Part shown: positions 44,806 through 49,421 of the stretch, in pieces | How positions within the stretch are numbered: position 1 is the first letter of the stretch | How the letters are laid out: every line of letters starts with the position of its first letter | Assembly: GCA_036281155.1 (NCBI GenBank) | Contig: DASUPL010000231.1 | Coordinates: 1-49,421, forward strand | Length of the DNA stretch: 49,421 nucleotides | Origin: Solirubrobacteraceae bacterium | GTDB lineage: Bacteria > Actinomycetota > Thermoleophilia > Solirubrobacterales > Solirubrobacteraceae | Reading direction: 5' to 3' | The notes under the pieces: generated by a model | What the model was told of the DNA's origin: nothing | Databases searched by the model: none | Seen by the model: the letters and a program-made list of their open reading frames with translations, nothing else | Position numbers and translations under genes: made by a program

Positions 44806-45762
44806 ATGCCGATGTCGATCGACGTGGTGATGCTCGCGTACAACCGCTTCGAGCTCACGGAGAGCTGTCTGCGTCACCTGCACGCGCAGACGATCTCCCA
44901 TCACGTGGTCGTGGTCGACAACGGCTCGACCGATGACACGCGCGCGCGTCTGCGCGCCGAGTGGCCGGCGGTGCAGCTGGTGGAGATCGACGAGAACCTC
45001 GGCTTCCCGGTGGCGTGCAATCGCGGCGTCGCCGCCGGCTCGGGCGAAGCGGTGGTGCTGCTCAACAACGACGTCGACTGCCGCCCCGACTTCCTCGAGC
45101 GGCTCGTGCGCCGCCTGGAAGCGGATCCCGGTGTGGGCTCGGTCGGGTCGCTGATGCTCAAACCCGGCGAGGAGCTGATCGACGGCATGGGATTCGCCGC
45201 CGATCCGATCCTCGCGGGCTTCCCGCGTCTGCAGGGGCTGCCGGCCGCGCGCGCTCATGACAGCAAGCCCGTGTTTCTCGGCGCGGGAGGATCCGCGGGG
45301 ATGTACCGGCGCTCGGCGTGGGAGGAGCTCGGCGGCCTGGACGAGACGATCGTCGCCTACATGGAGGACTTCGATCTCGCGGTCAGGCTGCGGGTCGCGG
45401 GCTGGCGCTCGCTGGCCGAACCGGACGCGGTGGGTATCCACATCGGCTCCGCGACGCACGGGTATCGCTCGGCGTGGCAGCGCCGTCAGGCGGGCTACGG
45501 CCGCGGCTACATGCTGCGCCGCTACGGCCTCCTGCGCGGCGCCACCGCACCGCGCACACTGCTAACGGAGGTCATCGTCGTGTGCGGCGACCTGTGGATC
45601 TCCCGCGATCTGCTCGCTCTGCGGGGACGGCTCGCGGGCTGGCGCGCCGGAGGCTCACGGCCCCCACTGTCGCTCCCGCCGGCGGAGTCGCTCGACCACA
45701 CCATCACGCTGCGCCAGTCACTTGCGATGCGTCGGGGCGTCTATGCACGCCGCGCGGCGTGA
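44806..45762 (+). CDS. GT2 glycosyltransferase (rhamnosyltransferase-like)
   Basis: VVDNGSTD, NLGF...NRG, LLNND, YMEDFDL. Confidence 0.9.
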   Translation: MPMSIDVVMLAYNRFELTESCLRHLHAQTISHHVVVVDNGSTDDTRARLRAEWPAVQLVEIDENLGFPVACNRGVAAGSGEAVVLLNNDVDCRPDFLERLVRRLEADPGVGSVGSLMLKPGEELIDGMGFAADPILAGFPRLQGLPAARAHDSKPVFLGAGGSAGMYRRSAWEELGGLDETIVAYMEDFDLAVRLRVAGWRSLAEPDAVGIHIGSATHGYRSAWQRRQAGYGRGYMLRRYGLLRGATAPRTLLTEVIVVCGDLWISRDLLALRGRLAGWRAGGSRPPLSLPPAESLDHTITLRQSLAMRRGVYARRAA

Positions 45763-46488
45763 GCGTCGCCGACGGGCGACGCGTTCACGCAAGAAGGCGG
45801 CCGTCTCCTCCAGCGCGCTCGGCGTCCCGATCTCGTAGAAGCGCTCCTCAGCCGCGAAGCCACAGAGCTGCTCGCGTCGAGCGAGCTCGCCGTAGAGAGC
45901 CGCGAGATCGCTCTCCGACTCCGCCACGGCCTCCAGCGCACCCACCGTGAGTCCTCCCAAGCCGTAGTCGATCCAGCGCATGTCGGGCGTGGGTGTGAGC
46001 TTGTCGTGCGCGATCACACGCCCATCCTCGTAGCGAGCGTTCGACGTGTCCCATCGCCCCTCGTTGCGCAACACGACCATCAGGGCCGCGAGCCCGCTGT
46101 CGCGCCATGCGCGATCCGCCGCCGCGTAGTCGACGCGCAGATAGGTGTCGCCATACAGAACGAGGAAGCGCTCGGGCAACAGCGCCAGCGCACGCCGGAC
46201 CGCGCCGAGCGTGCCATCCAGCTCCGGGCTGTCGTAGCTGTAGAGAACCCGGATGCCGAAGCGCTCCGCGCCGATGCGCGACTCGATCATCTCCCCTCGA
46301 TATCCCACGCAGATGACCGCCTCGCGCACGCCGTGCGCGGCCAGCAGGCGCAGCTGATGGATCAGGAACGGCTCTCCGGCGACCTCGACGAGCGGCTTCG
46401 GCACCTCGCGTGCGCGCTCGCCCAGGCGGGTGCCACGTCCGCCCGCGAGGATGCACACGGGGGGGCAGATCCGCGGCGGGCACCTCAC
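45718..46488 (-). CDS. Sugar-1-phosphate nucleotidyltransferase (short HddC/LmbO-like type)
   Basis: ILAGGRGTRL...PKPL, GTLGA, LYGDTY, IDYG, FYEIGTP; GTGA overlap. Confidence 0.88.
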   Translation of the reverse strand: MRCPPRICPPVCILAGGRGTRLGERAREVPKPLVEVAGEPFLIHQLRLLAAHGVREAVICVGYRGEMIESRIGAERFGIRVLYSYDSPELDGTLGAVRRALALLPERFLVLYGDTYLRVDYAAADRAWRDSGLAALMVVLRNEGRWDTSNARYEDGRVIAHDKLTPTPDMRWIDYGLGGLTVGALEAVAESESDLAALYGELARREQLCGFAAEERFYEIGTPSALEETAAFLRERVARRRRSRRAACIDAPTHRK

Positions 46489-47360
46489 ACCTCTCCCCAG
46501 TCCAGACCCCGATCGCTGGGCACGATCCGGCGCAACGTGTAGATGTCCGACGCGAGCTCCGCCAGCCGCTCCGGCAACTCCGCCCACGGGTCCCAGACGG
46601 CGCTCAGCAGCTTGCCGGTGATGCCATCGCTGGCGGGCGAGCCGAGGAAGACGGCGAGCTCCGCCCCCTTGCGAAGCGGCACGCCGCCGCTGCTCTGCTG
46701 CTCGAGCGCGCGGCGATAGAAGTCCTCGCCGACGCGCTCCGCCCCGGCGCTGAGCACCTCGTCGAGCATCCGCGTGTTGAGCGCTCCGGGCGCGATCGCG
46801 TTGACGTCGACGCGCCGCTCGCGCAGCTCCTCGGCGAGCGTCTCGGCGAAGCGCACGACCGCGGCCTTGGAGGCCGCGTAGGCGCTGAGGCCGGGCAGCG
46901 GCCCGGTCGCCCCGCCCCCCGAGAGCTGGACGACCTTGCCGTAGCCGCGCTCGGTGAAATGGGGAACGAGGGCGCGCGCGGGCAGCACCGAGCCGAGCAG
47001 GTTGATCTCGATCGCGCGCGTCCACTGCGACCAGTCCGTCTCCTCGATCATGCCCTTGGGGCCATACACGCCGGCGTTCGAGACGAGGATCGTGACCTCA
47101 CCGAGACCGCCGAGCGCGAACTCCACGAGTCGATGCACGTCGAGCGGGCGCGACACGTCGGCGGGCTGGCCGAGCACCTTCTGGCCCGGCGCGGCGCGCT
47201 CCTGCAACTCGGCGAGCGCCGGCTCGAGCGAGGCCCGCTCGCGTCCGCAGATGACGATGCCCGCGACGCCCGCGTCGAGGTAGGCGCGGGCGATCTCCAG
47301 CCCGAGCCCGTGGCTCGCGCCGGTGATCAGAGCTGTGCGCCCGGTCAATACCCCGCTCAC
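46485..47360 (-). CDS. SDR-family oxidoreductase
   Basis: TGASHGLG, NAG, SGGG, YAASK. Confidence 0.92.
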   Translation of the reverse strand: MSGVLTGRTALITGASHGLGLEIARAYLDAGVAGIVICGRERASLEPALAELQERAAPGQKVLGQPADVSRPLDVHRLVEFALGGLGEVTILVSNAGVYGPKGMIEETDWSQWTRAIEINLLGSVLPARALVPHFTERGYGKVVQLSGGGATGPLPGLSAYAASKAAVVRFAETLAEELRERRVDVNAIAPGALNTRMLDEVLSAGAERVGEDFYRRALEQQSSGGVPLRKGAELAVFLGSPASDGITGKLLSAVWDPWAELPERLAELASDIYTLRRIVPSDRGLDWGEV

Positions 47361-48748
47361 CGGCTGCCCTCCCGCGCGGGCACCTCGCTCGAGGGCCCGC
47401 GCGCCGGGAACACCGCCGGTGTGCCGACGCGTACGTAGCGCACGTCGGGACGGCTCCCGAGCGTGGCTCGGAGCGCTCCCACGGGGTCGACCACCTGACC
47501 GCGCGCCATCGCCGCGAGCGTCTCCTCGACGGGTACCTCCAGATAGTCGGGCCAGGGCGTGCACACGACGAGCACCTCGGCTCCTTCGGCCGCGGCGAGC
47601 GGGGTCGCGCACAGCTCCACCTTCGTCGCGAGGTCCGACGGGAGCGCGCTGACGGCGGGATCGTGCGCCCGCACCGTCGCGCCCGCCGAGACCAGCCAGC
47701 GGCACAGCTCGATCGCGCTCGACCGCCGCAGCGTGTCGGTGCCCGGCTTGTACGTCAAGCCCCAGATCGCGACGCGCCGATCGTCGAGCATGTCCTCGTC
47801 GGGAGCTTCGGCGTCGCCGAGCAGCTCGAGCAGCTTGCGACGCGTCCAGTGCTTGTGAGCGGAGTTGCCGTCAGCGACGCCCGCGAACACGTGCGCGGGC
47901 AGTCCCTCGCGCTTGGCGAGCCCGCGCAAGAAGCCGATGTCGCGCGCGAGCGTCCCGCCGGCGAACGCGTCGCCCGGGCCAAGATACGCGTGCGGGCCGA
48001 TGCGCCGCTCGCTCTTCAGCCCGCGGGAGACCTCCTCGGCATCGGCGCCGACCGACTCGCAGATCGCGGCGATCTCGTTGATGAACGCGACCGACGTGGC
48101 GAGGAACCCGTTGAGCGCGTGCTTCGTCATCTCGGCCGACTCGACCCGCATCCACTGCACCTCGGAGCTGAACGGGGCGAGCAGCTGCGCAAGCTCGGCG
48201 CGGTCGGCCTCGGTGCGCACGCCGGCGACGATCCGGTCGGGCTCCCGGAAGGACTCCAGAGCGCGACCGAGCCGCAGATTCTCGGGCACGCACGCGAAGC
48301 GCAGGCCACCATCCGGACGCGCGGCGGCGCAGCGCTCCTGCAGCGCCGCGAGGCTGCCGACGGGCAGCTGCGAGGACACGACCACGAGCGCGCCCGGCGG
48401 GAGCCCCGCGAGCAGCTCGACCGCGTGCGCCAAGACCCACTCGACGTCCGCGTTGTCGTCGTCGGCGACGGGCGTGTCGAACGTCAGCCACGCGCAGCGC
48501 GCCTCGGCGAGCGCACGTGGATCGCTCGCGAAGCTCAGGCGGTCGGCGTTGTCCCTGATCAGGTCCGCGAGCCCCGGCTCGGACACCGGCGGATGGCCCG
48601 CGCTCAGCGCGTCGATCACAGCGCGGTCGGGGTCGATGCCGATCACGCGACTGCCGGCATCGGCGAGGCATGCGGCGATCACACTGCCCAAGTGCCATAG
48701 ACCGACGACGCCGATCGGTCGCGCGCTGTGCGTGTCGGTGGCGTTCAT
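47357..48748 (-). CDS. UDP-glucose/GDP-mannose dehydrogenase homolog lacking the catalytic Cys
   Basis: VVGLWHLG, EPGL, DTP, PENLRLG, AEMTKHALN, GLTYKPGTD; GGTLARD in place of GGxCxxKD. Confidence 0.88.
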   Translation of the reverse strand: MNATDTHSARPIGVVGLWHLGSVIAACLADAGSRVIGIDPDRAVIDALSAGHPPVSEPGLADLIRDNADRLSFASDPRALAEARCAWLTFDTPVADDDNADVEWVLAHAVELLAGLPPGALVVVSSQLPVGSLAALQERCAAARPDGGLRFACVPENLRLGRALESFREPDRIVAGVRTEADRAELAQLLAPFSSEVQWMRVESAEMTKHALNGFLATSVAFINEIAAICESVGADAEEVSRGLKSERRIGPHAYLGPGDAFAGGTLARDIGFLRGLAKREGLPAHVFAGVADGNSAHKHWTRRKLLELLGDAEAPDEDMLDDRRVAIWGLTYKPGTDTLRRSSAIELCRWLVSAGATVRAHDPAVSALPSDLATKVELCATPLAAAEGAEVLVVCTPWPDYLEVPVEETLAAMARGQVVDPVGALRATLGSRPDVRYVRVGTPAVFPARGPSSEVPAREGSR

Positions 48749-48763
48749 CGATCTCGGCCCGCT

Positions 48764-49421
48764 CTATCCGAGCGCCGCCGGCGCGCGCATGCGGGCGTAG
48801 GCGCCACTCTCATAGGCGGCCTCGACCTGCTCCCACGCATCGCGTGCGGAGCGCAGGTCGCCGAGCAGCGGCCGACCGTCGCCGGCCGCGATCGCCTCGG
48901 CGAAGTGCTCCCATTCGGCGATCCACGACCCATCCTCGGCGGGGTAGCCGATCTCCTGCAGCGCCGGAGGCCCGAGCTCCGGGCCCATCGTGTAGATCCG
49001 CAGCCGCTGCGGACCGTAGGACCGCACCAGCCCATCGACCTGGATCTTCGCGGTGTGGCAGTAGATCTCGAGAGAAAACATGTTCTTCCACTCCGTCCAG
49101 CTGACGTGCAGCATCGCCCACGGCGCGGTGCGCGCGCCAGCCTCGCCGAGCATCAGCGCGGCGTTGTCCTCGACCTCGGCGTCCCAGAACTGGGTGCGCA
49201 GCAGCGCGGAGTGCAGCGGCAGCGGACCGGCGAGCCAGTTGCTGATGTCGAGCAGGTGCATGCCCTGATCGATCAGCTCACCGCCCCCCGAGCGCGCGGG
49301 ATCGGCGCGCCACTCGCGGTCATAGCCGGGGCGCCCGCCGTGGCCGTAGCGAGCGCGCACGTGCATCAGATCGCCGTGGCGCCCGCGGTGGACCTCCTCG
49401 ACCGCGCGGGCGATCCCGGGG
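48764..49421 (-). CDS. Gfo/Idh/MocA oxidoreductase (5' part outside the window)
   Basis: YGHGGRPGYDREWRADPARSGGGELIDQGMHLLD, VEDNA. Confidence 0.88.
   Translation of the reverse strand, partial: PGIARAVEEVHRGRHGDLMHVRARYGHGGRPGYDREWRADPARSGGGELIDQGMHLLDISNWLAGPLPLHSALLRTQFWDAEVEDNAALMLGEAGARTAPWAMLHVSWTEWKNMFSLEIYCHTAKIQVDGLVRSYGPQRLRIYTMGPELGPPALQEIGYPAEDGSWIAEWEHFAEAIAAGDGRPLLGDLRSARDAWEQVEAAYESGAYARMRAPAALG

Noticed and set aside
39132-45762. Two convergent gene pairs each overlapping by 45 bp (39132-39176 and 45718-45762)
   Set aside because: No shared sequence; 3' overlaps are common in GC-rich genomes, so the equal length is likely coincidence.
47357-48748. Calling this gene ugd
   Set aside because: The catalytic Cys is absent and the Rossmann motif is atypical (GLWHLG), so the symbol is withheld.

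Overview
A high-GC actinobacterial chromosomal segment; the gene style and the Cys-containing Ig-like and NHL modules suggest Thermoleophilia/Solirubrobacterales (inference). It has three zones. (1) 1-3132 is host-like: a fold-type III PLP enzyme, an FAD lactone oxidase and gpsA. (2) About 3133-26630 is a visibly less GC-rich accessory region with no integrase, lying between two convergent housekeeping genes. Its core is a co-oriented minus-strand run of about 17 kb: PadR, a degenerate ABC ATPase, an intact ABC ATPase, an FtsX/MacB-type permease, a YtpB/DUF2600-type terpene synthase, two effector-less IclR-HTH paralogs, an unknown-domain/XRE fusion, an unknown/MpaB (DUF2236) oxygenase fusion, an atypical LuxR regulator, a palindromic site, and a 2403-aa secreted RHS protein with an inserted six-blade NHL propeller followed by a 2-TM candidate immunity gene. 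Decayed small membrane genes and fragments lie downstream. A divergently arranged Doc/RHH toxin-antitoxin pair sits near the right edge. My best candidate for an undescribed system is this putative terpenoid-signal-controlled RHS competition module; it is a hypothesis from gene content, not demonstrated. (3) 26641-49421 holds housekeeping and surface-glycan genes: HAD phosphatase with gpgS, a DUF1998 helicase, GH2, fumC, glycosyltransferases, a Wzx flippase, a sugar C-methyltransferase, and the end of an NDP-sugar operon whose Cys-less dehydrogenase plus Gfo/Idh/MocA pair resembles the LmbL/LmbZ octose-tailoring enzymes. I saw no rRNA, tRNA, CRISPR array or transposase. All family assignments come from reading motifs by eye, without database searches.
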